Assembly: GCA_963713825.1 (NCBI GenBank)
Contig: CAVQNG010000004.1
Span: 160,001-224,000 of the forward strand
Direction: 5' to 3'
Origin: an uncultured Acidobacteriota bacterium
GTDB lineage: Bacteria; Acidobacteriota; Thermoanaerobaculia; Multivoradales; JAHEKO01
Length of the DNA: 64,000 nucleotides
Positions 11,085 through 20,944 of this stretch are shown here, piece by piece. A program made the translations under genes and the position numbers. The notes below the pieces were generated by a model that saw only the letters and a list, made by a program, of their open reading frames with translations, searched no databases and was not told where the DNA came from. The stretch's first letter is position 1; the number at the start of each line of letters is the position of its first letter.

Positions 11085-12365
11085 CTACCGCCGTCGCCTT
11101 CGCCGCCGTCGTCGAGGCTTGCGAACCTTGGCGCGATCAGGCCTTTCCGGTCTCTTCTCCTGGATCTTGCGCCAGAGGTCGAGATTGCTCTGGCCCTCGC
11201 CCGTCGCACCCACCATGATCTCGAGCAAGGTCAGTGCATCGTCGAATCCCGGATGGTTGGAGAAACGGATTCGATCCCCGGCACTCTTCCACCGTTCCGC
11301 AAACCGATGAAACGCCCAAATGGCCTGATGCAGCTGATCGGTTCGCTGCCTTGAGAGAGCGAATCGGGTCACGAACGGCGCCAGCACTTCGCTCGTCAGC
11401 TCGCGAAGCGCCGTCCGGTGCACTGGTCTCTGATTGACCGCCTCTACATCCCTACGCCTCAATAGCACGGACGGCAGCAAAAGGGCGCCGAAAACCACGG
11501 CGTCCAAGAGCTTGTCACCTCTTGCCACCATGTCGTCGATTACCGACGGAATACTCTCGAACTCTCCAGCACCATGCTCACGGGCCGAGAGGACGAGATA
11601 GGCCTCGGGTAGGAAGACCTCGAGGAGACCCAGGCTCATCATCCATTGCAGAATGGCGTTGGAGCTGCCGGACCGCAGGAGGTCGCAAATCTCTTCGGTC
11701 AGCCGAGCCGGCGATGCCTTTTCTACTTCACGGCCGTGAGAGCGGATCGCCGCCTGTGCCGTCTCTTCGATATCGAAGTCCAGACGACCCGCCAGCTCGC
11801 ATGCCCTGAGCATGCGGACCGGATCTTCCTGGAACCGCACCTCAGCATCGCCAATGACCCGAATCTGTCGCCGCCGTAGGTCCTCGACTCCGTCGACCCA
11901 ATCGATGACCGAGAAGTCGCTGATGTCGTAGAACAGAGCGTTGATCGTGAAGTCTCTGCGGTAGGCGTCTTCCTCTGGAGATCCGAACACGTTGTCGTCC
12001 GTGATCAGCAGCTCGCTCTGTCCGTTGCCCTGTGCGTCGGGATCCGGATCTCGACGAAACGTGGAGACTTCGACGATGCCGTCGCGAAAGTAGACATGCG
12101 CCAGTCGGAACCGACGCCCGATGATGCGTGAGTTGCGGAACAGCCGCCGTATCTGCTGCGGGCGAGCGCTGGTGCTGACGTCGAAGTCCTTCGGACGGCG
12201 ACCGAGCATCAGATCCCGGACGGCGCCACCGACCATGTAGCTCTTGTACCCGCCGTGATGCAGCCGGTACAAAACCTTGATGGCGTTGCTTTCGATGTCG
12301 CGGCGCGAAACAGGATGCTCGGCCCGCGAGAGAATCAGCGGTCGACCTGAATTCGAAGTACTCAC
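11085..12365 (-). CDS. pcnB: Poly(A) polymerase I (PcnB)
   Basis: VGGAVRDL, KDFD, the PAP signature IIGRRFRLAHV, RRDFTINAL, EDPVRMLR; Arg-rich tail. Start placed at GTG 12365, 6 nt after TATAAT; the ORF is open to 12386. Confidence 0.9.
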   Translation of the reverse strand: MSTSNSGRPLILSRAEHPVSRRDIESNAIKVLYRLHHGGYKSYMVGGAVRDLMLGRRPKDFDVSTSARPQQIRRLFRNSRIIGRRFRLAHVYFRDGIVEVSTFRRDPDPDAQGNGQSELLITDDNVFGSPEEDAYRRDFTINALFYDISDFSVIDWVDGVEDLRRRQIRVIGDAEVRFQEDPVRMLRACELAGRLDFDIEETAQAAIRSHGREVEKASPARLTEEICDLLRSGSSNAILQWMMSLGLLEVFLPEAYLVLSAREHGAGEFESIPSVIDDMVARGDKLLDAVVFGALLLPSVLLRRRDVEAVNQRPVHRTALRELTSEVLAPFVTRFALSRQRTDQLHQAIWAFHRFAERWKSAGDRIRFSNHPGFDDALTLLEIMVGATGEGQSNLDLWRKIQEKRPERPDRAKVRKPRRRRRRRRR

Positions 12366-12444
12366 AGACTCATTATACGGAGCCATTCTCGCGCTCTCTC
12401 ACCGGTTGAAGACCTTGGCTCTTGCCAGCAGCCTTCATTCCCAA

Positions 12445-12867
12445 TCACTCGGCGGCGATCAACTCGGCCTGCGAGAAGAAGAAACACAACTCCTTCTGCG
12501 CGTTCTCGGACGAATCGCTACCGTGAATCGCATTGCGCTCGATCGACGAGCCGTAGAGCGCTCGAATGGTCCCCTCTTCGGCATTCGCGGGATCGGTCGC
12601 TCCCATGACCTGGCGCAGATGTGGCACGGCATTCTCGCGCGTCAGGGCCACGGCGATAATCGGGCCACTCGTCATATATGCGACCAAGCTGTCGTAGAAG
12701 GGGCGCTCCCGATGCACTGCATAGAAGCTCTGCGCCTGTGCCTTGCTGAGTCGCAATCGCTTGAGAGCCTGGATCTGGAAGCCCTCCTTCTCGAGATGAG
12801 CCAGGATGTTCCCGGCGTTATGGGCTTCCATGCTGTCAGGCTTGATCATTGTCAATGTCTGATCCAT
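12445..12867 (-). CDS. ndk: Nucleoside diphosphate kinase
   Basis: TLTMIKPD, HRERPFY, GTIR, NAIHGSDS. Confidence 0.96.
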   Translation of the reverse strand: MDQTLTMIKPDSMEAHNAGNILAHLEKEGFQIQALKRLRLSKAQAQSFYAVHRERPFYDSLVAYMTSGPIIAVALTRENAVPHLRQVMGATDPANAEEGTIRALYGSSIERNAIHGSDSSENAQKELCFFFSQAELIAAE

Positions 12868-12906
12868 GTTCACTTTCCTCTAGTTTTCGAAAGAGCGCGA
12901 CCTTGA

Positions 12907-13605
12907 TCAGCCCTCTTCGTTGGTTTGACCTTCCAGAACTTCGAAATCCCCATCGGAGTCCTCGAGAGCAAAGACCGGACCCGCTAGTTCCTGGTGCCCT
13001 GCTGGGCCTAGAAGGACAGCCGATCCGGCTGGCAGACCAAGCCCCCACTTCACGCCTTCTTGCTCCATCAACTGCCGAAATCGCCGATCGTGTCCCGGAT
13101 CGAAGTTGGGTTCCACGACACCCGCTGGCAGCCAGCTGAACCCCGGCACGATGTTGCGTCCGAGCAGACTTCGCACCAGAACTCCGAATGCCTGCGTAGC
13201 GCCGGCAATCGCAACAACGATGCCCCCGGATGCCAGTTTGCGCCCCAAGGCCTCGAGGGCCGCCGAGTCGGCGAGCGTCTGCACCAGTTGGTCGGTGATG
13301 CCGCCGCCAATGTAGACCGCCGAAGCCTGCTCGATGCGTTCTACGTTCTTCTGGCGCCGCGCATCCCGAGCTCGATAGATCGGAATAAGACTCGACTCTC
13401 TCCCGAACCTGTCGGTGAGATAAAGCGAAAAATTGGTCGCGTAGTCCGCAGAGCCACTGGCGGCTGGGATGAATCCGACAGGGCCCTCCCCCAGCTTCGA
13501 GATCCACATCTCATCGATCGCCAGGGTCTCTCCAAAGGAGAACTCCCCTCCTCCCAGAAGCACCAGCCAGCCCTGATCGCCAACTCTCTGGATCGCACTT
13601 GACAT
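12907..13605 (-). CDS. Peptidase S51/cyanophycinase-like (class I glutamine amidotransferase fold) protein, probably non-catalytic
   Basis: LVLLGGGE, VGFIPAAS, AVYIGGG; the nucleophile elbow reads AIAGA (no Ser) and the His position reads EPNF. Confidence 0.7.
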   Translation of the reverse strand: MSSAIQRVGDQGWLVLLGGGEFSFGETLAIDEMWISKLGEGPVGFIPAASGSADYATNFSLYLTDRFGRESSLIPIYRARDARRQKNVERIEQASAVYIGGGITDQLVQTLADSAALEALGRKLASGGIVVAIAGATQAFGVLVRSLLGRNIVPGFSWLPAGVVEPNFDPGHDRRFRQLMEQEGVKWGLGLPAGSAVLLGPAGHQELAGPVFALEDSDGDFEVLEGQTNEEG

Positions 13606-14478
13606 CTACTTCTCCAGGGCTCGAGCCATCGAGACACCGATCTCGGCCGGCGACTCTGCAACGGTAATTCCGGCCGCCGTCAGGGCCTCGGTCTTGGCCT
13701 GCGCCGTTCCCTTGCCGCCAGAGATAATGGCGCCAGCATGTCCCATCCGACGCCCGGGAGGAGCCGTCCTGCCGGCAATGAAACCGACGACCGGCTTGGC
13801 GAGGTTTTCCTTCACCCATGCAGCAGCCTCTTCTTCGGCGCTACCGCCGATCTCGCCGATCAGGATCACGCCCTCGGTGGCCGGATCCTCGGCAAAGGCC
13901 GTCAGGGTGTCGATGAAATTGGTTCCAGGAAGAGGGTCGCCACCGATGCCGATGCAGGTGGACTGGCCCAGGCCCAGGTTCGTCACCTGCCAAACCGCCT
14001 CATAGGTGAGGGTTCCGGAGCGGCTGACGACGCCGACCTTGCCCGGCTGATGAATGTGCCCGGGCATGATACCGATCTTGGCCATGCCGGGAGAGATAAT
14101 GCCGGGACAGTTCGGACCGATGAGGCGGGTCGGATTGTCCTCGAGAAAAGCGCGTACTTTCAGCATGTCCGCGACAGGAATACCTTCAGTAATACAGACC
14201 ACCAGTTCCACACCGGCCGCAGCCGCCTCCATGATGGCGTCGGCAGCAAATGGTGGCGGCACGAAGATCATCGAGGCATTGCAGGCCGTCGCCTCCCGGG
14301 CTTCCGTCACCGAATCGTAGACCGGGATTCCATCCACGGATTGGCCGCCCTTGCCTGGCGTGACGCCGGCCACCACATTGGTGCCATAGTCCCTGCAACC
14401 CAGAGCGTGAAACTGACCCTCTGAGCCGGTAATACCCTGCACCACCAGTCGGGTGTCGTTGTCGACCCAGATCGCCAT
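13606..14478 (-). CDS. sucD: Succinyl-CoA synthetase alpha subunit
   Basis: [35 protein letters not shown]. Confidence 0.97.
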   Translation of the reverse strand: MAIWVDNDTRLVVQGITGSEGQFHALGCRDYGTNVVAGVTPGKGGQSVDGIPVYDSVTEAREATACNASMIFVPPPFAADAIMEAAAAGVELVVCITEGIPVADMLKVRAFLEDNPTRLIGPNCPGIISPGMAKIGIMPGHIHQPGKVGVVSRSGTLTYEAVWQVTNLGLGQSTCIGIGGDPLPGTNFIDTLTAFAEDPATEGVILIGEIGGSAEEEAAAWVKENLAKPVVGFIAGRTAPPGRRMGHAGAIISGGKGTAQAKTEALTAAGITVAESPAEIGVSMARALEK

Positions 14479-15647
14479 TACGCCACTCCTTTCGCCGCTG
14501 CCACCACCTTCTGCGCTGCATCGGCCATGTCGTTGGCCACAATGAAGTCGAAGTCGGCTTCTCCCAGGATTTTGCGCCCCTGCTCGACGTTGGTGCCTTC
14601 CAATCGGACGACCACCGGCAGCTTCACATCCGGCATCTCCTGGAGAGCGGCTACGACGCCGTTCGCGATCCGATCGGTCCGCGCGATGCCGCCGAAGATG
14701 TTGATGAGGACGGCCTTGACGGTATCGTCGGAGATGAGAATTCGGAAGGCGTTCTGAACGGCCTCCTGGCTCGCCGAGCCACCCACATCCAAGAAGTTCG
14801 CCGGTTCGCTACCGAAGAGCTTGATGATGTCCATCGTGGCCATGGCCAGCCCGGCTCCGTTGACCATGCAGCCGATCTCGCCGTCCAACTTGATGTAGTT
14901 GAGGTCGTACTTGCCCGCTTCGACCTCTAAAGGGTTTTCCTCCGCGAGATCTCGCATCTCCCGAATGTCCGGATGGCGAAACAGGGCGTTGTCATCGAAG
15001 TTCATCTTCGCGTCCAGAGCCACCACGTCACCCTCTTCTGTGATGAGGAGTGGGTTGATCTCCACCAGCGAGGCGTCGATGGCGAGATACGCAGCCGTCA
15101 ATGAGCTGATCAGTTTGGCCGCTTGACGTCCCGTGGCGCCCTCGAGCCCCAGCTTCTTGACCACCGATCTCGCCTGAAATGGCAGCATGCCGAGCTGGGG
15201 ATCGATAGCTTCTCGAACGATGGCCTCGGGATTCTCGGCCGCAACCTCCTCGATGTCCATGCCGCCCGATGCAGAGGCCATCAACACCGGCTTGCCCGTA
15301 GCTCGGTCGAGAGTGACGCTCAGATAGAGCTCTGAAGCGATATTCAGAGCCTCTTCGATCAGCACCTTGCGGACCGTTTGTCCTTCGGGCCCGGTCTGCG
15401 GAGTCACCAGCTGCATACCCAGAATCGAGGCCGCGGTCGCCTCTGCCTCTTCGGGTGAGCCGGCCAGCTTCACTCCACCCCCTTTGCCACGCCCACCGGC
15501 ATGAATTTGAGCCTTGACGACACACCGCCCGCCCATCTCTCGACAGACTTCCGCCGCCTCAGCCGCAGAATCGACCACCTGTCCCCGCGGTGTCGCGACT
15601 CCAAAGCGGCGCAAGATCTCCTTGGCCTGGAATTCGTGGATCTTCAA
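14478..15647 (-). CDS. sucC: Succinyl-CoA synthetase beta subunit
   Basis: [40 protein letters not shown]; TTG start 7 nt after SD AGGAG. Confidence 0.97.
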   Translation of the reverse strand: MKIHEFQAKEILRRFGVATPRGQVVDSAAEAAEVCREMGGRCVVKAQIHAGGRGKGGGVKLAGSPEEAEATAASILGMQLVTPQTGPEGQTVRKVLIEEALNIASELYLSVTLDRATGKPVLMASASGGMDIEEVAAENPEAIVREAIDPQLGMLPFQARSVVKKLGLEGATGRQAAKLISSLTAAYLAIDASLVEINPLLITEEGDVVALDAKMNFDDNALFRHPDIREMRDLAEENPLEVEAGKYDLNYIKLDGEIGCMVNGAGLAMATMDIIKLFGSEPANFLDVGGSASQEAVQNAFRILISDDTVKAVLINIFGGIARTDRIANGVVAALQEMPDVKLPVVVRLEGTNVEQGRKILGEADFDFIVANDMADAAQKVVAAAKGVA

Positions 15648-15765
15648 AACCAATCTCCTATTTTGGTGTTGTCCATGCCCGAAGAACTCGGGACAAACAG
15701 TATAGTCCGGAACGGGCGGAGAGGGAATTCCCGCCGCAGGTGTCTAGCCAGACGAAGAGTAGCGA

Positions 15766-18174
15766 TCAGGGAATTTCGAGCACCAGCACCGTCAGATCGT
15801 CTTCGCGCGGCGAGTTGCGGGTAAACGTCTCGAGGTCGTTCAAGACACCGTCGCGAATTGCTTCGACGCTCTGCCCCGCCAGACTACCGAGGCACTCTTC
15901 GAGGCGCTCGAAACCAAAGAGATCTTCGCTGCCTTCGGCTCGCGCTTCGACGACGCCGTCACTGAACAGAAAGAGGGCGTCTCCAGAATTGAGCTTTGCT
16001 GAGCGCACCCGGACATCGAGCTCGCCACGCACGCCCAATGGATAGGAAACGGACTCGAGGGCATGAACCCCTCCCTGCTTGGTGATCTGATAGGGAAACA
16101 GGTGGCCGGCACTGGCGTAGAACATCTCGCGCCGCTCCGGATCGATCAATGCGTAGCAGAGGGTAGCCAGGAGCCGCTTGCGTGCGCTCTGAAAAACCAT
16201 GCGATTGAGAGTGCAGAAGACCTTCTCGACATCGGGGTCGAAGGTCACTTGCACGGCCAGCGCGGACTTGGCCATCGACATGACTAGCCCACTGGAGACG
16301 CCGTGGCCGGCCACATCGCCAACGGCGACGGCCAACCTACCGTCCTCCAGAGCCAGAACATCGTAGAAATCGCCACCGACCTCGGTGGCCGGAAGATACT
16401 TGTGGCTCAACTTCACACCGTTGAGCTGCGGCGGCAGCTCAGGAAGGATCGACGCCTGGATTCCGCGGGCGGTCTCGAGCTCGACTCGCTGGCGCTCCCG
16501 ATCGGCAATGCGCCTGACGTGGGGCGGAATATCCTCGTATCGGTAGGTGAACTCCCTGTCGCTCAGCAGGTACCTTGCGCTGGCGATCAATGGCAGCGCC
16601 ACACCCAGGAGAGCCAGGGAGGCGTGAAGCTGAACGGACGCATCGTTGGCACCCAGGAACGGAACCGCTCCGCTGACCACGAAGAGCGTCATATAGGCGA
16701 GGATCGAGGTAAAAAGTCCGAATCTCAGAAACAGGAACACGAACGCAGCTGGAGGTAGCAGCCAAAGCAGATAGTTCCAGCTGAATGGGTAGACATAGGT
16801 GCCGGAGAAGAACAGGATGGCGGCCGCGATCACCGCGATGGCGATGCCCAGCCATCGACCCAGGTGGCGGTTGCCGTAGGAGACCAGAAACAGTCTCCCA
16901 AAGAGGCCCGTGTAGAGAGCGTAGGCCAAACCGAAGGCGAACAGCGGAACGCTGAACCATCCGGCACTCTCCCACCAGGGTCCGATCGAAAAGGACGCAT
17001 AGGCGAAGATCCCGTACTGTCGAAACAGGACCATGAGCGACCACTCGATGGCAGCAATGACCAGACCAGCCACCAGTCCCTGCAACGAGGCTCGCGCAAA
17101 GGTCGCGTTTCTCCAGTCCCCCTTGAACAGGGAATCGAAGGCGGCCAACTTCTTTCCCCAACGCTCTCGGCATAGGGACTCGCCCACCGACCAACTGAGA
17201 AACGACATCACTCCCATCGGAAAGAAGAAGAGCATCAGCATCTGAAAGCCGACGACCCAGCTCATCTGACGACGAGTTAGAACACCCATCGACCAGCCAG
17301 CCGAGGCCGCGCCGCCGCTGAAAAGCAGGGTCACGGCTCCAGCCACGACGATGACGAGGGAAATTTGGATGCCGCGCCGAATTCCGACCTCACCTTCGTG
17401 GTAGCGCCGAACAAACGGTATCGCCACCAGTGGCAAGAGCAGCAGCGGCAAGAAGACCTTGAGCTGCCCAAGAAGCTGGATCGTCTGGAAGCTACTTCGA
17501 ATACTGGCCAGGTCCGGGTCTTCGAAGAACCCCGCATATCCAGCCAGTCGATCGCCAGCGAACGTGACTTCGACACCGTACGGGTGGTCTTCGCCCAGCA
17601 GAGTCTCAGTGTCCCGATAGCGCAGAGTCAGGTCGGCCCTGGACTGGAGCTGGCGCTTCCGGATCTCGGGCTCCTGGAACGTCTCCAGATCGAAACCCTG
17701 CTCGCCAAGGAAGAGATCCGCTTCGGCACGAGCCGCTGATTCGTCGATCTCCCCTCCCTCTTCATCGGGGGGAACCCGGAGCATCAACTCGGTAACCTCA
17801 CCGTGAGGCGTTACTCGGGCCCGGTAGCTCCACTCGAAGGGAGTCGCTCCAGGCTCGTAAACGGTGACCTGCCAGGTCCTCAGCCCCTGAGTCAAGCGAC
17901 TGTCCTCCAGGTCACTGACCTGGCCCGACAGGAGGGACTGTTGGAGACGGTGCTCCAACGCTGGAGCCTCCTCCTGCTGCGTCACCACGTACGGCTTGGG
18001 AGGCAGCTCACCAAGATCCCGCATCCGTTCGAGAGCCAAGGCTTGCGCTTCCCGTTTGGAGATGTCCCAATCTCGAGGAAAAAGTGGGTAGGCGCGCGGA
18101 AATGCCCAGGCCACCACGAGCGCCGCGATCACGCCAGTGGCGATCCAGGCTAGTGCTGAGGTGGCTTTCTTCAC
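15766..18174 (-). CDS. Multi-TM sensor PP2C/SpoIIE phosphatase
   Basis: GTG start after GGAGAG; N-terminal TM, ~200-aa soluble domain, about 8-9 TMs, then VGGDFYD, GDVAGHG, FSDGVVEA, DDLT. Confidence 0.85.
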   Translation of the reverse strand: MKKATSALAWIATGVIAALVVAWAFPRAYPLFPRDWDISKREAQALALERMRDLGELPPKPYVVTQQEEAPALEHRLQQSLLSGQVSDLEDSRLTQGLRTWQVTVYEPGATPFEWSYRARVTPHGEVTELMLRVPPDEEGGEIDESAARAEADLFLGEQGFDLETFQEPEIRKRQLQSRADLTLRYRDTETLLGEDHPYGVEVTFAGDRLAGYAGFFEDPDLASIRSSFQTIQLLGQLKVFLPLLLLPLVAIPFVRRYHEGEVGIRRGIQISLVIVVAGAVTLLFSGGAASAGWSMGVLTRRQMSWVVGFQMLMLFFFPMGVMSFLSWSVGESLCRERWGKKLAAFDSLFKGDWRNATFARASLQGLVAGLVIAAIEWSLMVLFRQYGIFAYASFSIGPWWESAGWFSVPLFAFGLAYALYTGLFGRLFLVSYGNRHLGRWLGIAIAVIAAAILFFSGTYVYPFSWNYLLWLLPPAAFVFLFLRFGLFTSILAYMTLFVVSGAVPFLGANDASVQLHASLALLGVALPLIASARYLLSDREFTYRYEDIPPHVRRIADRERQRVELETARGIQASILPELPPQLNGVKLSHKYLPATEVGGDFYDVLALEDGRLAVAVGDVAGHGVSSGLVMSMAKSALAVQVTFDPDVEKVFCTLNRMVFQSARKRLLATLCYALIDPERREMFYASAGHLFPYQITKQGGVHALESVSYPLGVRGELDVRVRSAKLNSGDALFLFSDGVVEARAEGSEDLFGFERLEECLGSLAGQSVEAIRDGVLNDLETFTRNSPREDDLTVLVLEIP

Positions 18175-18302
18175 AATCTCTCCGCCGATAGCAAGCAATT
18201 CCCCAGGGCCCGATCGAGCCCCTTCAAGGCTCCGTACGGAACCCCGCTTCGAAGGTTGCATCCTTGCCGGGCTCGCCCTCGAACGCCCGATCGAGGCATC
18301 GC

Positions 18303-19550
18303 CTAGAGGTTTTCTACAATTGCCTGCCCGAACTCGGAGGTCTTGAGCAGCGTCGCACCTTCCATTTGCCGCTCCAGATCGTAGGTTACTCGCTTCTGGC
18401 CGATGGTCTTTTCCAAAGCTGCCACCACCCTCGATGCCGCCTCCTGCCAACCCAACCACTGCAGCATCATGACACCCGAAAGGATGAGAGAGCCGGGGTT
18501 GACCTTGTCCAGGTTGGTGTACTTGGGAGCCGTTCCATGCGTCGCTTCGAATAGAGCCAGGCCATCGCCCTCGTTGCTCCCAGGTGCCATTCCGAGGCCA
18601 CCGACCTGCGCTGCTAGAGCATCGGACAGATAGTCCCCGTTCAAGTTGGTGGTGGCGAGAATCTGATACTCGCTCGGCCGCAGCAGTATCTGCTGAAACA
18701 TGGCGTCGGCAATTCGGTCTTTCACCAGGATCTTGCCCTCTGGCAACTGGCCGTCCAATTCGTCCCAAAGGGCCTGCTCGGTAATGGTCTGCTCACCGAA
18801 CTCGTCCTGGGCAACCTGATAGCCCCACTCCTTGAACGCCCCCTCGGTGTACTTCATGATGTTGCCTTTGTGGACCAGGGTCACATCGGTTCTGCCCTCA
18901 CGAACCGCGTACTCGAGAGCCTTGCGTACGAGCCTCTTGCTGCCCGTAATCGACACCGGCTTGATGCCAATACCACTGTCTTCCCGGACGCGCTTCCCGA
19001 GCTTGTCCCGCATGAAGCCGATCAACTCCTTGGCCCCGCCGGAGCCTTCCTCCCATTCGATGCCGCAGTAGACGTCCTCGGTGTTCTCGCGAAAGATCAC
19101 CATGTCGACCTTGCCGGGCTCCTTGACTGGCGAAGGAACGCCCTCGAAGTAGCGCACCGGCCGCACGCAGGCATAGAGATCCAGCGTCTGTCGAAGCGTC
19201 ACATTGAGGCTGCGGAAGCCGCCCCCGACCGGTGTCGTCAAGGGGCCCTTGATGGCAACCCGAAAATGGCGCACGGCATCCACCGTATCCTGGGGCAACC
19301 ACTCGTCGTAGTGCTCCTTGGCCTTCTCGCCGGCGAAAATCTCCATCCAAGCAATGGATTTGGAACCACCATAGGTCTTCTCTACGGCACTGTCCAAGAC
19401 GAACTGTGTGGCACGCCAGATGTCCGGTCCGATGCCATCCCCTTCAATGTAGGGAACAATCGGGCGATCAGGGACATCGAGATTGCCATCTTGCCATTCA
19501 ATTTCTTGCCCATCAGAGGGCGGCGACACCTTTCGAAAGCTAGTGCTCAC
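18303..19550 (-). CDS. icd: Isocitrate dehydrogenase (homodimeric, E. coli Icd type)
   Basis: [55 protein letters not shown]. Confidence 0.96.
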   Translation of the reverse strand: MSTSFRKVSPPSDGQEIEWQDGNLDVPDRPIVPYIEGDGIGPDIWRATQFVLDSAVEKTYGGSKSIAWMEIFAGEKAKEHYDEWLPQDTVDAVRHFRVAIKGPLTTPVGGGFRSLNVTLRQTLDLYACVRPVRYFEGVPSPVKEPGKVDMVIFRENTEDVYCGIEWEEGSGGAKELIGFMRDKLGKRVREDSGIGIKPVSITGSKRLVRKALEYAVREGRTDVTLVHKGNIMKYTEGAFKEWGYQVAQDEFGEQTITEQALWDELDGQLPEGKILVKDRIADAMFQQILLRPSEYQILATTNLNGDYLSDALAAQVGGLGMAPGSNEGDGLALFEATHGTAPKYTNLDKVNPGSLILSGVMMLQWLGWQEAASRVVAALEKTIGQKRVTYDLERQMEGATLLKTSEFGQAIVENL

Positions 19551-19658
19551 GCCGAGGATTCTCCTATCTGTTCAGAGTCACATTTTGGGTCGCACGCCGG
19601 GCGACGAGCGAACTTTGAGTTTAGCACAGGGGTCGAGTGGTCATGGTAGATTTCCGCC

Positions 19659-20054
19659 ATGGATTGGAGCCCTCTCATCGACGCAGCCGAAGCCGTCAGA
19701 AGAAACGCCTACGCACCGTTCAGCGAATTCAAGGTGGGAGCTGCCGTGCAGACTCAGAGCGGACGGATCTTCAGTGGCTGCAACGTAGAGAATCGGAGCT
19801 ATGGGGCCACGATCTGCGCCGAGCGATTTGCTGTTGGCTCTGCGATCGCCGCTGGGGAGACCAGGGTCGAAGGTGTCGTCGTGGTGACGGCCACCAGCCC
19901 CCCCTCCCCGCCATGCGGACTCTGCCTTCAGGTGCTGGCAGAGTTCGGCGACGCCCAGCTGCCTATCCTGCTTCTCAACCTGAAGGGTGAGCGACTGGAG
20001 TCTCAACTGGCAGACTTCCTGCCTCATCCGTTTCATTTGCCCGACCAGACCTAG
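19659..20054 (+). CDS. cdd: Cytidine deaminase (homotetrameric type)
   Basis: AYAPFS, GCNVEN, CAER, PCGLCLQ zinc ligands. Confidence 0.94.
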   Translation: MDWSPLIDAAEAVRRNAYAPFSEFKVGAAVQTQSGRIFSGCNVENRSYGATICAERFAVGSAIAAGETRVEGVVVVTATSPPSPPCGLCLQVLAEFGDAQLPILLLNLKGERLESQLADFLPHPFHLPDQT

Positions 20055-20914
20055 CCGAGATCGACGAACTCGGCATTCACCGGCTCCGGCAGGATGCCGG
20101 CCTCGTGGCCCTTATCGAGAAGCAGCTGGACGGCGCGCCTTCCAGCCTCCCCATAGTCGCGAGTCCAATCGTTCACGTACATCGAGACGAACCGGTCCGA
20201 CCGAACTGGATCATCTTCGAGGCCCCGCGCATATCGAGTCGCGAACCCCATCGCTTCTTCTCGATGATCGAGAGCATAGTTGATGCTGTCGGAAAGGAGC
20301 TCCGACAACCGACGAATCAAGTCAGGATGAAGATCTTTGCGAATCCCATTGCCGCCCAGAGGCAAGGGGCCACCTGTCTCTTCCTTCCACCAGGCCCCCA
20401 GATCGACGACGGACTCGAGCCCCATGTCCGAATAGGTCAGCTGGCCTTCGTGGATGACTACCCCCGCCACAGCGTCGCCATTGCTCACCGCATCCAGAAT
20501 CTGATCGAAAGCCACGACTGTCGTGTCCAACTCCGGCTGCCAAAGCTGCAATGCCAGATTGGCTGACGTCAGATCGCCGGGAATCGCGACCGTCTCTCCC
20601 ACCAGGTCCTCCCGGCTCATCTTTTCTTTTGCCACCACTACCGGCCCGTAGCCGTCGCCAAAGCTGGCACCCGAGGGCATCAGGATGTAGCGATCTGCAA
20701 GGTAGGCGTAACCGTGGATCGACAGCGCTGTGATCTCGTAAGTGCCTTCGAAAGCAGCCTGGTTCAGGCTCTCGATATCGTTCAGGACATGCTCGATCTC
20801 CAACCCAGAGGAGTCGAGAATGCCCTGGGTTAGAGCATAGAACATGAAGGCGTCGTCGGAATCTGGACTATGGGCAATACCAATTTTCGTGGGTGTCATC
20901 GTTGTTTCGCTCAT
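20051..20914 (-). CDS. mqnD: MqnA/MqnD family, 1,4-dihydroxy-6-naphthoate synthase (futalosine menaquinone pathway)
   Basis: HSPDSDDAFMF, GASFGDGYGP, IHEGQLTY, PLPLG, MYVN. Confidence 0.85.
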   Translation of the reverse strand: MSETTMTPTKIGIAHSPDSDDAFMFYALTQGILDSSGLEIEHVLNDIESLNQAAFEGTYEITALSIHGYAYLADRYILMPSGASFGDGYGPVVVAKEKMSREDLVGETVAIPGDLTSANLALQLWQPELDTTVVAFDQILDAVSNGDAVAGVVIHEGQLTYSDMGLESVVDLGAWWKEETGGPLPLGGNGIRKDLHPDLIRRLSELLSDSINYALDHREEAMGFATRYARGLEDDPVRSDRFVSMYVNDWTRDYGEAGRRAVQLLLDKGHEAGILPEPVNAEFVDLG

Positions 20915-20944
20915 GGGGTGAAAGGCCGATCCAAGCTGGCCGGA

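Noticed and set aside
11085-11120. Poly-Arg tail of PcnB as a repeat element
   Set aside because: Basic C-terminal tails are usual in PcnB, and the codons are mixed.
18175-18768. N-terminal extension making a 1000-aa PP2C ORF
   Set aside because: Overlaps icd out of frame; the SD and first TM point to GTG 18174.
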